From NCBI GenBank assembly GCA_977020255.1, contig CDROCS010006375.1:1-64000 (forward strand): DNA of 64,000 nucleotides. The letters are read 5' to 3'. The position numbers and the translations under genes were made by a program. Every line of letters starts with the position of its first letter. Position 1 is the first letter of the stretch. Below are positions 29,305 through 39,076 of the stretch, piece after piece. Under the pieces are notes generated by a model. That model was not told the origin of the DNA. It saw nothing but the letters and a program-made list of their open reading frames with translations, and did no database searches. The stretch is from Obrimoposthia wandeli (Eukaryota).

Positions 29305-30570
29305 ATGAGTACTGTAACGCTAGATAATTCCAATAATAGACTTAGCAAGCAAGAAATAAAGGACAGCCAAAAAAACCAGCGCAGACGTAAACTGATCGCG
29401 CTGTTTTTTGTTACCCCCCTGGTTTTATTTATTATTGCCTCTTTTATTCTGCCCATTGGTACTATGTTGTACCGTAGTTTTTATCACCCCACTGTAGCTC
29501 AGCTAATTCCACTAACGTTATCTGAATTGGCGAAGTGGGACGAGGGAGGTGAAGCACTCCCTAATACCGCGACCATCATCATCTTTAGCCAAGAACTTAA
29601 GGCGCTCGCCAAAGAGCGTAAGGCTGGCAAACTCGCTGAGGAAATAAACCGCTCTTTACCTGGCAGCTCCAGCTTAATTAAATCCAGCGCGCGAAAAATT
29701 GGCAAGACATCAGACGCAGACTTAGCGCAAAGTGGTGATCAACTCTTATTCGCTCTGAAAAAACCGAAGTGGAGCAACCCCGAATTATGGCGTGCCATTA
29801 AAAGGTCCGGTGCGGTTTTTACTGATAGGTATTACCTAACCGCGTTAGATTTGAAGCGTAACAGCGCGGGAGAAATCGTACAGCGTGAAACACAAATATA
29901 CCTCAAGCTATTTTGGAAGAGCCTTAAGATAGCGTTCTATATCACTCTCCTAACCATTATTATCGGCTATCCGCTGTCCTATTATCTATCCACAGCGCCG
30001 ACTAAAACCGCCAACATTCTAATGGTATTTGTCTTATTGCCTTTTTGGACATCGCTTTTAGTGCGAACCACTTCGTGGATAGCACTCTTACAGACCAACG
30101 GGGTTGTGAATTCCACATTACAGAGTTTGCATATCATTACCGAACCCATCGACATGCTCTACAGCCAGTTTTCCACGATTCTGGCGATGACTCACATATT
30201 GTTGCCCTTTATGATATTACCGCTCTATAGCGTAATGAAAGGCATAGATCCAAGTTACTTTAGAGCGGCATTGTCGTTAGGTGGAAAGCCGATCCCCGCC
30301 TTTATTCGCATCTATATGCCTATGACAGTACCGGGCATCAGCGCGGGAGCTCTGCTAGTTTTTATCATCTCTATCGGCTACTACATAACCCCTGCGCTTG
30401 TCGGTGGCACGGACGGCCAGATGATCAGTAATATTATCGCTTTTCACATGCAGTCTTCTAATAACTGGGAATTAGCCGCCGCACTAGGTTCACTCTTGTT
30501 GGGGCTTATCATCATAATTTACTGGATCTACGACCGTTTAGTAGGTGTCAGCAACATTAAATTAGGATAG
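29305..30570 (+). CDS. ABC permease, PotB-like, with large periplasmic insert
   Basis: LLPFWTSLLVRT, HILLPFMILPLY, ITPALVGG. Confidence 0.9.
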   Translation: MSTVTLDNSNNRLSKQEIKDSQKNQRRRKLIALFFVTPLVLFIIASFILPIGTMLYRSFYHPTVAQLIPLTLSELAKWDEGGEALPNTATIIIFSQELKALAKERKAGKLAEEINRSLPGSSSLIKSSARKIGKTSDADLAQSGDQLLFALKKPKWSNPELWRAIKRSGAVFTDRYYLTALDLKRNSAGEIVQRETQIYLKLFWKSLKIAFYITLLTIIIGYPLSYYLSTAPTKTANILMVFVLLPFWTSLLVRTTSWIALLQTNGVVNSTLQSLHIITEPIDMLYSQFSTILAMTHILLPFMILPLYSVMKGIDPSYFRAALSLGGKPIPAFIRIYMPMTVPGISAGALLVFIISIGYYITPALVGGTDGQMISNIIAFHMQSSNNWELAAALGSLLLGLIIIIYWIYDRLVGVSNIKLG

Positions 30571-30574
30571 CACT

Positions 30575-31417
30575 ATGTTTCCATCGTACTTTACTATTTG
30601 GCAAAAACTGGGAATCTACAGCTTACGTCTTGTCGCTTGGGCAACGCTGGCATTTTTGATGATTCCAATCTTGGTGATTATTCCTTTGTCTTTTAACGCA
30701 GAGCCATACTTCACCTTCACTCAAGGCATGCTAAGTTTCGATCCTGATGCTTATTCGCTAAAGTGGTACCAAGTTATCTGGAACGATGACAAGTGGATAC
30801 TGGCGATTAAAAACAGCTTCTACATTGGTTTTTGGGCCACTGTAATAGCCACTGTCTTTGGCACATTCGCCGCGATTGGTCTGACTAAAGCTGAAATGCC
30901 ATTGCAAAGCGCCTTCATGGCGCTACTCATTTCACCGATGATAGTTCCACTAATCATTACCGCAGCGGGCATGTTCTTCTTCTACAGCCAGTTAAATTTA
31001 GCGGGAAGCTACACCGGAGTCATCATTGCTCACGCGGCGCTGGGAACGCCTTTCGTGATTATCACGGTCAACGCCTCGCTATCGGGGTTTGATTACTCGC
31101 TAGTGCGCGCGTCAATGGGTTTAGGTGCCAAGCCTGTTTACACATTTTTCAAAGTCATTATGCCGTTGATTCGCCCAGGCGTTATCTCAGGTGCGCTCTT
31201 TGCCTTTATCACCTCGTTCGATGAAGTGGTAGTAGTGTTGTTTTTAGCAGGTCCTGAGCAGCGCACGATTCCACGCCAGATGTTCTCGGGTCTAAGAGAG
31301 CAAATTAATCCCACCATACTGGCAGTTGCCGTTTTACTAGTCGTCGTGTCAGCGCTGATGTTAATCACCATGGAATTACTGCGCGCGCGCGGTGAAAAAA
31401 TCCGCACGGGAACCTAA
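30575..31417 (+). CDS. ABC permease, PotC-like
   Basis: YSLKWY, SPMIVPLII, HAALGTPFV, FITSFDE. Confidence 0.9.
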   Translation: MFPSYFTIWQKLGIYSLRLVAWATLAFLMIPILVIIPLSFNAEPYFTFTQGMLSFDPDAYSLKWYQVIWNDDKWILAIKNSFYIGFWATVIATVFGTFAAIGLTKAEMPLQSAFMALLISPMIVPLIITAAGMFFFYSQLNLAGSYTGVIIAHAALGTPFVIITVNASLSGFDYSLVRASMGLGAKPVYTFFKVIMPLIRPGVISGALFAFITSFDEVVVVLFLAGPEQRTIPRQMFSGLREQINPTILAVAVLLVVVSALMLITMELLRARGEKIRTGT

Positions 31418-31447
31418 GTCTACATCACAGGGAGTCTGTGATATTCA

Positions 31448-31482
31448 GCTTCAAGGTGAACGCTCACCTTGAAGCATTTTTT
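31448..31482 (+). terminator. Rho-independent terminator after the ABC operon
   Basis: GCTTCAAGGTGA-ACGC-TCACCTTGAAGC then ATTTTTT. Confidence 0.8.
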
Positions 31483-31686
31483 ATCCATAAGGCGATCAAT
31501 ACTTAAGCCTTTCTACGCAAAATTTCAGTGACCACCGATCAGCCCCCATAGATATAAGGTAACCTGATTCACCAAAAGGCGGCACAGGAGATCTAAACAC
31601 TTTTACAAATAGCCTATAGAGCGATACCCTACTGTAATTAAAATGACAGTACCTCAACATTTCGATACATCGGCTGACAATATTCT

Positions 31687-32109
31687 ATGAGAAAGTTTGA
31701 AGACTCACTCCCGTTACAACTATTACGTGCGCGTGAGGCGACAATGTTATTTTTTCGCCCGCTACTCAACGAGCACTCTCTCACTGAGCAACAGTGGCGT
31801 ATCTTACGCGCGTTACTAAACTACCCGGAAATAGAGTCCAAAGAACTAGCTAAGCGCTGCTGTATTTTAAGCCCGAGCCTCACTGGGATCATCAAGCGGC
31901 TAGAACAGCAAGGCTATATCAAGCGTCGCAAGTGTACTGAAGATCAGCGCCGTACCTTGATTAGCTTATCTGCTGAAGCTCAAGTACTAATCGAAGGCTT
32001 AAGCCCAGAAGTCGAAGCCCGCTACAACGCCTTTGCCAGCCGTTATAGTGAAGAGAAGCTCGAAGCATTAATGGACATGCTCAAAGACCTCTCAGAATTA
32101 AAACCATAG
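31687..32109 (+). CDS. hpaR: Homoprotocatechuate degradation repressor (MarR family)
   Basis: SLPLQLLRARE...FRP.L....LTEQQWRILR; adjacent to hpa genes. Confidence 0.92.
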   Translation: MRKFEDSLPLQLLRAREATMLFFRPLLNEHSLTEQQWRILRALLNYPEIESKELAKRCCILSPSLTGIIKRLEQQGYIKRRKCTEDQRRTLISLSAEAQVLIEGLSPEVEARYNAFASRYSEEKLEALMDMLKDLSELKP

Positions 32110-32204
32110 CCTTAATAGAGTTCTAGCGAGGATTTTTCAGCTAAATATCACGCGCTCAAACCTAATGACAGAGTGATATTTAGCAAAAGGTGTTTCACCA
32201 AATT

Positions 32205-32220
32205 AGTTAACATGTTAAGT
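32205..32220. promoter_or_regulatory. Putative HpaR operator upstream of hpaD
   Basis: AGTTAACATGTTAAGT; the same motif recurs at other hpa promoters. Confidence 0.7.
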
Positions 32221-32275
32221 TATTGCCTACTTCAAATTTAACAATGATAAAACTGGCTTCGCCAAGAGGTTTAAG

Positions 32276-33127
32276 ATGGGAAAGATTGTAGTTGCGGCAA
32301 AAATAACCCACGTTCCAACCATGCTGTTATCGGAAAGACCTGGCAAGTTAGAAGGCACTAGACAGCAGGCGATCGATGGTCACAAAGAAATTGCCCGCCG
32401 TGCTCGTGAAGCCGGCGCCGATACGGTTATCGTCATCGATACTCACTGGCTGGTAAACGCCGGTTACCACATCAATTCCAATGCTAATTTCAAAGGTTGT
32501 TTTACCAGCCACGAGTTCCCTCACTTTATCCAAAACATGGAATATCAGTACAGCGGTAATCCAGCACTGGGAGACCTGATTGCTGAAAAAGCGACAGAGA
32601 AAGGTGTTTTCACCTTATCTCATCAAGTAGAAACCCTCAATTTAGAGTACGGTACGCTTGTACCAATGCGCTATATGAACCCAGAATCTGATCTCAAAGT
32701 AGTTTCTATTGCCGGCTGGTGTTCAGTGCACAGTCTCGATAGCTCACGAAAGCTCGGCGAGGCAATTCGCGAAGCAGTTGAAGCGAGCGATAGCAACGTT
32801 ATGCTACTCGCCTCAGGTTCGCTATCTCACCGTATTTGGAATAACGAAGACTACGAAGCCAACAACGGCACCTTCACTATTTCCAAAGAGTTCAACCGCC
32901 AAGTAGACTTGCGAGTACTTGATTTATGGCAACAGGGTGAAACGGAAACCTTCTTGAAAATGCTACCCGACTACGCAGCACTGTGCTCGGGCGAGGGTGG
33001 AATGCACGACACTGCAATGCTTTTTGGCGCTCTGGGTTGGGATAAATACCAAGGTAAAGGCGAAATTATCGGTGAATACTTCCCAAGCTCCGGCACGGGC
33101 CAGGTAAACGTTGTGTTTAGTCTATAA
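32276..33127 (+). CDS. hpaD: 3,4-dihydroxyphenylacetate 2,3-dioxygenase
   Basis: AAKITHVP, DTHWLVN, LEYGTLVPMRYM, ASGSLSH, GEGGMHD. Confidence 0.92.
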   Translation: MGKIVVAAKITHVPTMLLSERPGKLEGTRQQAIDGHKEIARRAREAGADTVIVIDTHWLVNAGYHINSNANFKGCFTSHEFPHFIQNMEYQYSGNPALGDLIAEKATEKGVFTLSHQVETLNLEYGTLVPMRYMNPESDLKVVSIAGWCSVHSLDSSRKLGEAIREAVEASDSNVMLLASGSLSHRIWNNEDYEANNGTFTISKEFNRQVDLRVLDLWQQGETETFLKMLPDYAALCSGEGGMHDTAMLFGALGWDKYQGKGEIIGEYFPSSGTGQVNVVFSL

Positions 33128-33198
33128 CAAACCCTACTCGACTCACCTAGTGCGCTCAGCCCTCCTCTGAGCGTACTTCTACGACGCGAGGCAACAAT

Positions 33199-33627
33199 AT
33201 GCTAATAAAAGAAACCTCTCTGGACTGGCAGGCAGCCCAACAACTGTGCCGCTCTGCATGCGATTACGCCATCTCACAACAGTTAAAAGTTTGTGTTTGG
33301 GTACTAGACAGCCACGGTCAGCCGCTGGCGATGTTGCGCTGTAATCATACGCCCTTACTCTCAACTGATATCGCTAAAGATAAAGCCTATACCGCGGTAA
33401 GCTTTGGTTTTGCTACTCACTTATGGCAACAGCGCCTGGCAGACAAACCGCTGCTGCAAGCAGGATTAACTCAACGTCCGGGTATGGTTCTGTTTGGTGG
33501 AGGCCTAGCACTGTACAACAACGACCTATTAGTCGGCGCTATTGGTGTATCAGGAGCCAGTGAGGCGCAAGATCAAGCCTGTGCCAGAGCTGGCGTCGCT
33601 GAATTTGATCAGCTATCCGCTCACTAA
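33199..33627 (+). CDS. GlcG/HbpS-family heme-binding protein
   Basis: VLDSHG, IAKDKAYTA, GGLAL....VGAIGVSG...QD..CA. Confidence 0.85.
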   Translation: MLIKETSLDWQAAQQLCRSACDYAISQQLKVCVWVLDSHGQPLAMLRCNHTPLLSTDIAKDKAYTAVSFGFATHLWQQRLADKPLLQAGLTQRPGMVLFGGGLALYNNDLLVGAIGVSGASEAQDQACARAGVAEFDQLSAH

Positions 33628-33726
33628 CTGTCATATTAAGGGGTTAGATAGGCGGCTATGTGATTTTTAATTAGGTGTAAATTGGCACCGCATCCATATC
33701 AATATTAGTCATGTGTGCTCTGCGCG

Positions 33727-33748
33727 AAAACAGCGCTGATAGCGCTGT
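33727..33748 (-). terminator. Terminator of the hpaG-E-F transcript
   Basis: CAGCGCT-ATC-AGCGCTG followed by TTTT on the minus strand. Confidence 0.65.
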
Positions 33749-33768
33749 CATAGATAACATATTTCGAT

Positions 33769-34161
33769 TTACTTTTTCTGCGCTGCCAATTTCTGATGAA
33801 TATTGTTTTGCTTGTAATTACGCAGCGCATTTAACTCAATCAGTTCAAAACCTATACTCATAAAACGCCGCTCAAAAGCGGGTTGTAATGCTGCGGTAAA
33901 GGCTGCAAATATTTGATCTGCAGCCTCTTTAAGCACTTGTGGCTCTCGCCCTGCACCTACCTTCGCCGTCAAGTGTACGAACGTATTGTCAGGGTCGCCC
34001 TCGGCGATACGATAATGCTCACAACGTATCGCACGCGTGCGAATACCGCCCAACGGGAAAACTCCAGTGGCAATTGCCGTGTTATTTAGTTGCTCAAATA
34101 AGGCTGGGATATCTAAGTCCTCGTCCAAGTTGGCAGAGTACTCCATGATAAAATGTGGCAT
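33769..34161 (-). CDS. hpaF: 5-carboxymethyl-2-hydroxymuconate delta-isomerase
   Basis: N-terminal PHFIMEYSAN, FPLGGIRTRA, YKQNNIH. Confidence 0.92.
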   Translation of the reverse strand: MPHFIMEYSANLDEDLDIPALFEQLNNTAIATGVFPLGGIRTRAIRCEHYRIAEGDPDNTFVHLTAKVGAGREPQVLKEAADQIFAAFTAALQPAFERRFMSIGFELIELNALRNYKQNNIHQKLAAQKK

Positions 34162-34259
34162 AACAGCTCCTCAATAATAGATTGTATAAAGAGAAAAGCT
34201 AGCGACGACTTTCGCCGTAACTAGCTCTATAATTTTTAACAGCTATTTATCGCGCTAGA

Positions 34260-35783
34260 TTAGCGCCCAAGTACTGGCACGCTGTGCAGGTCATGGGCGA
34301 TACAGACATTTTTAGTTTCCATATAGAAATCAAAACTCCAATCGCCGCCATCACGGCCAACACCCGACATTTTAACCCCACCAAATGGCGAGGGTAAATT
34401 GCGGTTGTTCTCAGAATTGACCCACAGCATACCCGCTTCGACCTTGTTTGCCATGCGCATTGCGCGGCCCGTATTAGCCGTCCAAATATAGCCAGCTAGA
34501 CCATAGATAGTATCGTTTGCCAATGCTATCGCCTGTTCTTCGCTCTCAAATTCAATGGCAGTCAATACTGGACCAAAGATCTCTTCCTGAGCGATACGCA
34601 TGTCGTTTTTCGCATCGACGAATAAAGTGGGAGTAACATAGTTACCCGGACCCATTTCATCGCGCAGCGAGCGACCACCTACGGCTATCGTGGCACCGTC
34701 TTGCTTGGCAATTTCAAAGTAGCTGGTCACTTTATCGTAGTGGCCGGTGTGCACCAACGGTCCGACTTCCGTTTGAGGATCCAGCGGATGTCCAACCTTG
34801 AGGTTGGCGACTCTATCTTTAAGGGCTGTAATAAACTTATCTTTAATACCACTTTGAATCAGTAGACGGCTAGAGCTAGTACAGCGCTGGCCATTCAGAC
34901 TGTAGATCATGAAAACGACAGCATCTAAAGCTCGCTCAAAATCTGCATCATCAAACACTATTACAGGGTTTTTACCGCCCAGCTCTAAATGTAAGCGCTT
35001 CAGAGTAGAAGCAGTCTGTGCCTGAATCCGTTTGCCTGTGGCCGAATCACCTACCAACGCGACGGCTTTAATTGCCGGGTGTTCAGTAAGCGCCTTGCCC
35101 ACTTCACTACCATAGCCGTTGACCATATTCCAAACACCCTTGGGCAGACCGGCTGCATCAGCACACTCAGCCAAGATAGCAGCGGTCAATGGCGATAACT
35201 CTGCCGGTTTGTGTACCACAGTACAACCGGCGGCCAGTGCTGGTGCTATCTTCCAAGTAGATAGCATAAACGGCGTATTCCACGGCGTGATGATCGCTAC
35301 CGGCCCAATAGGGTTGCGCACTGTAAAGTTAGTGTGCTGATCCTGATGCAGCGATAAACCATTGCGTGCCTCAGGTGCCTTATCGGCAAAGAAACGAAAG
35401 TTAGCCGCCCCGCGGACCGCTGCTTGGCGCATGAAGCGCAAAGCCTGACCGCAGTCCGTTGACTCTATCAGAGCAATTTCTTCGGCGCGCTTTTCTATCT
35501 CATCCCCTAGTTTGTGGAGAATTTTTTTGCGTTGTGCTCCCGGCATTTCCGCCCATTGCTGGGCCGCATTTTTAGCCGCTTCACAGGCCGCATCAACATC
35601 CGCCACTGTGCCCTCTACCACTTTACCTAAGACACTATTATCAATAGGCGTTGTATTGTCGAAAGTTTTCCCCTCGCTGCCCAACGTCCATTCACCATTG
35701 ATAAAGTGCCCTAAAGTGTTCTCTTTAAAGCGCGCTAAATATGCATCTGCTTTGGCAATGTTTTCATTCAATACTTCGCTCAT
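34260..35783 (-). CDS. hpaE: 5-carboxymethyl-2-hydroxymuconate semialdehyde dehydrogenase
   Basis: ITPWNTPFMLSTWK, IYSLNGQRCTSSSR, GVGRDGG..SFDFY. Confidence 0.9.
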   Translation of the reverse strand: MSEVLNENIAKADAYLARFKENTLGHFINGEWTLGSEGKTFDNTTPIDNSVLGKVVEGTVADVDAACEAAKNAAQQWAEMPGAQRKKILHKLGDEIEKRAEEIALIESTDCGQALRFMRQAAVRGAANFRFFADKAPEARNGLSLHQDQHTNFTVRNPIGPVAIITPWNTPFMLSTWKIAPALAAGCTVVHKPAELSPLTAAILAECADAAGLPKGVWNMVNGYGSEVGKALTEHPAIKAVALVGDSATGKRIQAQTASTLKRLHLELGGKNPVIVFDDADFERALDAVVFMIYSLNGQRCTSSSRLLIQSGIKDKFITALKDRVANLKVGHPLDPQTEVGPLVHTGHYDKVTSYFEIAKQDGATIAVGGRSLRDEMGPGNYVTPTLFVDAKNDMRIAQEEIFGPVLTAIEFESEEQAIALANDTIYGLAGYIWTANTGRAMRMANKVEAGMLWVNSENNRNLPSPFGGVKMSGVGRDGGDWSFDFYMETKNVCIAHDLHSVPVLGR

Positions 35784-35821
35784 GGCTAGTCCTCTCGCTG
35801 TGTTTGGGTTCGCTAGGCGAA

Positions 35822-36592
35822 TTAGTATTTATCACCGTAGAATTGCTTCTCAGAGACAATGTGCGTTTGTAGTGCACCAATTTTTTCGATTTCACAAACC
35901 ACGACATCACCAGGCTGCATATCTTTTAGCCCTTTGGGCGTGCCTGTAGCAATCATGTCTCCAGGGTGTAGTGTCAGAGTCTTGCTTAAATGCTCGATCA
36001 AGAACGGCAAGTCAAAAATCATGTCAGCGGTAGTACCCTCTTGAGTTAGCTCGCCATTAACACGGGTAGTTAATGCCAAGTTACTGACATCGCCAACATC
36101 TTCTCTATCGATCAACCAAGGTCCTATTGGGCACAGCGAATCACGGCTCTTTACTCTGAGATTTGGCCGATAGTAGTTCTCTAAGTAGTCGCGGATCGCG
36201 AAGTCATTACACACGGTATAACCTTGAACGTGCTCCATCGCGTTTTCACGGCTGATATTTTTACCCGCTTTACCAATCACTGCCACCAGCTCGCATTCGT
36301 AGTGTTGGAACTCAATATTGTCGGGACGGTAGGCGTTTTGCTTGTGCCCCGTCAGCGTATTGGCACCTTTAAGGAAAACCAAAGGCTCTGTCGGTGGCGC
36401 GAAAGCTAATTCACTGGCGTGATCGGCATAGTTGAGACCTAACGCAAAAATAGTTCCAGGATCTTTAACTGGGCACAGCCAAGTGACTTCAGCTTCGTTT
36501 AATTGATTACCCTCTGGCGTTAACAGACGATTGTTTTCATCGACGCTGATATCTAATTCAACGTTGTTATGTAAGACGCGTGCACGTTTCAT
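35822..36592 (-). CDS. hpaG: HpaG isomerase/decarboxylase, C-terminal subunit (FAA hydrolase family)
   Basis: GLNYADHASEL, IRDYLENYYRPNLRVKSRD, ATGTPKG. Confidence 0.9.
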   Translation of the reverse strand: MKRARVLHNNVELDISVDENNRLLTPEGNQLNEAEVTWLCPVKDPGTIFALGLNYADHASELAFAPPTEPLVFLKGANTLTGHKQNAYRPDNIEFQHYECELVAVIGKAGKNISRENAMEHVQGYTVCNDFAIRDYLENYYRPNLRVKSRDSLCPIGPWLIDREDVGDVSNLALTTRVNGELTQEGTTADMIFDLPFLIEHLSKTLTLHPGDMIATGTPKGLKDMQPGDVVVCEIEKIGALQTHIVSEKQFYGDKY

Positions 36593-36602
36593 TATCTATT
36601 CC

Positions 36603-37253
36603 TCAGCCTGCCATTTGGTTTGTTAGTTCAGCCACACCTGCAATAGCCGATGTCACGCTATCACCTTTGTTAAGCTTATTACGTTCACCCTTAAAGCCCA
36701 CGGCAACTACGTCGCCCGGCTCTAATGTCATGATATAGGAGATAATGCTGATTAATTCAGGCACGTTACGCTCGCACTGTGACAGAGCAAATTCACTGAC
36801 TGTTGTGCCATTTACCTGTGTAATGACACTGAGCTGATCAAGGCTGCTGACTTGCGCCACTGGCATAACCGCTTTGCCAATGGGAGCGCTACCATCTAGG
36901 CACTTTCCCTTAATATCTGGGCGGTAGTAACTCTGCTCTGGCAGTGAAAAATCATGCATGAGTGTATAACCAGTAACATAGTCTAATGCTTGCTCTTTAC
37001 TAACACGACAGCATTGGACACCTATAACGACCGCCAAACTAGCGCCGACCACCATTGACTCCTCATCTTGAGGCCATTCGATAATGGCACTGTCAGTGCT
37101 CCAAGTATTATGTGGCTTAAAATAGAGTACCGGCTGTGTTGGTACGGCTTTATAAGGAGCCTCACTAAAGGTAGTCTCCATGGCGGCCAGTTGTTGCGCG
37201 TCGTTTAACGCGACACAGACCAATTTACCTTTGACTATAGAATGTGTGTTCAT
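36603..37253 (-). CDS. hpaG: HpaG isomerase/decarboxylase, N-terminal subunit
   Basis: APYKAVP.QPVLYFKP.NT, SYYRPDIKGKC.D. Confidence 0.88.
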   Translation of the reverse strand: MNTHSIVKGKLVCVALNDAQQLAAMETTFSEAPYKAVPTQPVLYFKPHNTWSTDSAIIEWPQDEESMVVGASLAVVIGVQCCRVSKEQALDYVTGYTLMHDFSLPEQSYYRPDIKGKCLDGSAPIGKAVMPVAQVSSLDQLSVITQVNGTTVSEFALSQCERNVPELISIISYIMTLEPGDVVAVGFKGERNKLNKGDSVTSAIAGVAELTNQMAG

Positions 37254-37262
37254 CTTCTTTAC

Positions 37263-37280
37263 CTATTAATCTGTTAATAG
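37263..37280. promoter_or_regulatory. Putative HpaR operator at an internal hpaG promoter
   Basis: CTATTAA-TCTG-TTAATAG overlapping the hpaI stop; same TTAA-N4-TTAA core. Confidence 0.5.
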
Positions 37281-38104
37281 CCGCTGGACTGGCCAGCATC
37301 GGTGCTGTTGACACCCTGCTTAAATTGTTTAGCCAATGCTCTGGCCGCGTTACCCAGTAAAAGAGTGTCCACTCCTACACCGACAAATTTAGCGCCTTTG
37401 GCGACGTAGCCATTAGCTTTGTCTGCATTGATGCACAGCAGACCTGCTGCTTTACCCGCCGCATTGATAGTCGCTATACCTTGCTCTATGGCTGCTACAA
37501 CGTCTGGATGATCCGGATTGCCTACATACCCCATTGAGGCAGATAGGTCGGAGGGGCCAATGAATACCGCATCGACACCGTCAACCGCGGCAATCTCCGC
37601 TAAGTTCGCCATCGCTGTAGTGGTCTCGGCCTGCACGATCAGGCAAATTTCATCATTGGCTTTTTGTAAGTAGCCGGCCACGTTATTCCACTTAGCCGCG
37701 CGTGCCAGTGAACTACCTAAGCCGCGAATACCCTGTGGCGGATATTTTACCGCTTGTACCAATTCACGCGCCTGCTCGGCACTATCACACATGGGTATCA
37801 ACAAGCTCTGCGCACCGATATCCAATAATCGCTTTAGCAATGCCGTGCGCCCCTCTTCTGGACGAACCACAGCAGAGACGGGATAAGGTGCTATCGCCTG
37901 TAAATGGCGCATTGTTGAATCAAGCTCAAAAGGCGCATGCTCACCATCAATTAATAGCCAATCAAAGCCGGCACCGGCCAGTATCTCGGCACAACTTGAA
38001 TCGGGTAACCCCATCCACAATCCCCAAAGTGGTTCGTCACCTTGCAGCGCTTTCTTGAATTGGTTGATCGGTAAGTCAGTGTTGTAATTGGGTTGTTCAG
38101 ACAC
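37274..38104 (-). CDS. hpaI: 4-hydroxy-2-oxoheptanedioate aldolase
   Basis: GFDWLLIDGEHAP, DIGAQSLLIP, FIGPSDLSA; GTG start with AGGAGG RBS. Confidence 0.92.
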   Translation of the reverse strand: MSEQPNYNTDLPINQFKKALQGDEPLWGLWMGLPDSSCAEILAGAGFDWLLIDGEHAPFELDSTMRHLQAIAPYPVSAVVRPEEGRTALLKRLLDIGAQSLLIPMCDSAEQARELVQAVKYPPQGIRGLGSSLARAAKWNNVAGYLQKANDEICLIVQAETTTAMANLAEIAAVDGVDAVFIGPSDLSASMGYVGNPDHPDVVAAIEQGIATINAAGKAAGLLCINADKANGYVAKGAKFVGVGVDTLLLGNAARALAKQFKQGVNSTDAGQSSGY

Positions 38105-38115
38105 AGGAACCTCCT

Positions 38116-38919
38116 TTAAACAAACTTGACCGAGATACCGCCGAGTGGGCCGTAATCCGCGTGTACTGTGTCGCCAGCCTTTACTGGTACTGGGCGAGTG
38201 AACGACCCTGACAAAACAACCTGTCCGGGTTCTAACGCAACACCGTGCGGTGCAAAGCGCTTGCAGACCCAGCAAATTCCGTTGGCTGGATGACCTAATA
38301 CACCAGCCGCAATGCCTGTCTCTTCGATCTGACCGTTAAGGTATAACAAGGCACCTGCCCATCGCATGTCTATATCCATGGGTTTCACAGGTCGACCACC
38401 CAAAATAATGCCGGCATTGGCCGCATTATCGGAGATGGTATCTAATACTTTACGGGTATAACCGCTTTCAGGGTCAGTGCGATGACAGCGGGCCGCTATC
38501 AGCTCAAGGGAGGGGATTACGTAATCAGTGGCGTTTAATACATCAAAGATAGTGATGTCATCGCCTTCTAAGCGATCTTTTAAAACAAACGCCAACTCAA
38601 CTTCGATACGTGGGTCGAGAAAATCATCGACCTTTATTTCGGCGCCATCGGCAAAGAACATACTATCGAGTAACACGCCGTAATCTGGCTGATCTATATT
38701 AACCGCCATCTGCATAGCTCGTGAGGTTAAGCCTATTTTGTAACCTTTAACTTTATCCCCTTCTGCGATTTTACGATCCACCCAGGTCTTCTGGATCTTG
38801 TAGGCATCGTCCATATCCATATCTGGGTAATCTAGAGTCAGCGCAGGAATTTGTTTACGCTGGTTTTCCGCTTGGTAAAGACGCTCTGCAGCATCTTTTA
38901 TCTGTTGTGGTGTGAGCAT
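38116..38919 (-). CDS. hpaH: 2-oxo-hept-3-ene-1,7-dioate hydratase
   Basis: GYKIGLTSRAMQ, PRIEVELAF, DTISDNAANAG, GVLGHPANG. Confidence 0.93.
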   Translation of the reverse strand: MLTPQQIKDAAERLYQAENQRKQIPALTLDYPDMDMDDAYKIQKTWVDRKIAEGDKVKGYKIGLTSRAMQMAVNIDQPDYGVLLDSMFFADGAEIKVDDFLDPRIEVELAFVLKDRLEGDDITIFDVLNATDYVIPSLELIAARCHRTDPESGYTRKVLDTISDNAANAGIILGGRPVKPMDIDMRWAGALLYLNGQIEETGIAAGVLGHPANGICWVCKRFAPHGVALEPGQVVLSGSFTRPVPVKAGDTVHADYGPLGGISVKFV

Positions 38920-38978
38920 ATTTATACCTTTATCGTTACACAGCGCTGACGGCTGTAGAAGTACTTGAATTCAAATAT

Positions 38979-38994
38979 ACTTAATATGTTAACT
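38979..38994. promoter_or_regulatory. Putative HpaR operator upstream of hpaH
   Basis: ACTTAATATGTTAACT. Confidence 0.7.
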
Positions 38995-39044
38995 AAATAC
39001 CAGTGTTAATTGTTATCACCATTCTTGCTGCCTACGACTGATAA

Positions 39045-39068
39045 CACCGTCCACCTAAGTGGACGGTG
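39045..39068 (-). terminator. Stem-loop after gabD
   Basis: CACCGTCCAC-CTAA-GTGGACGGTG. Confidence 0.6.
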
Positions 39069-39076
39069 CCCTAGCG

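Noticed and set aside
33736-33749. LacI-type operator TGATAGCGCTGTCA
   Set aside because: It lies between convergent gene ends and is explained by the hpaF terminator hairpin.
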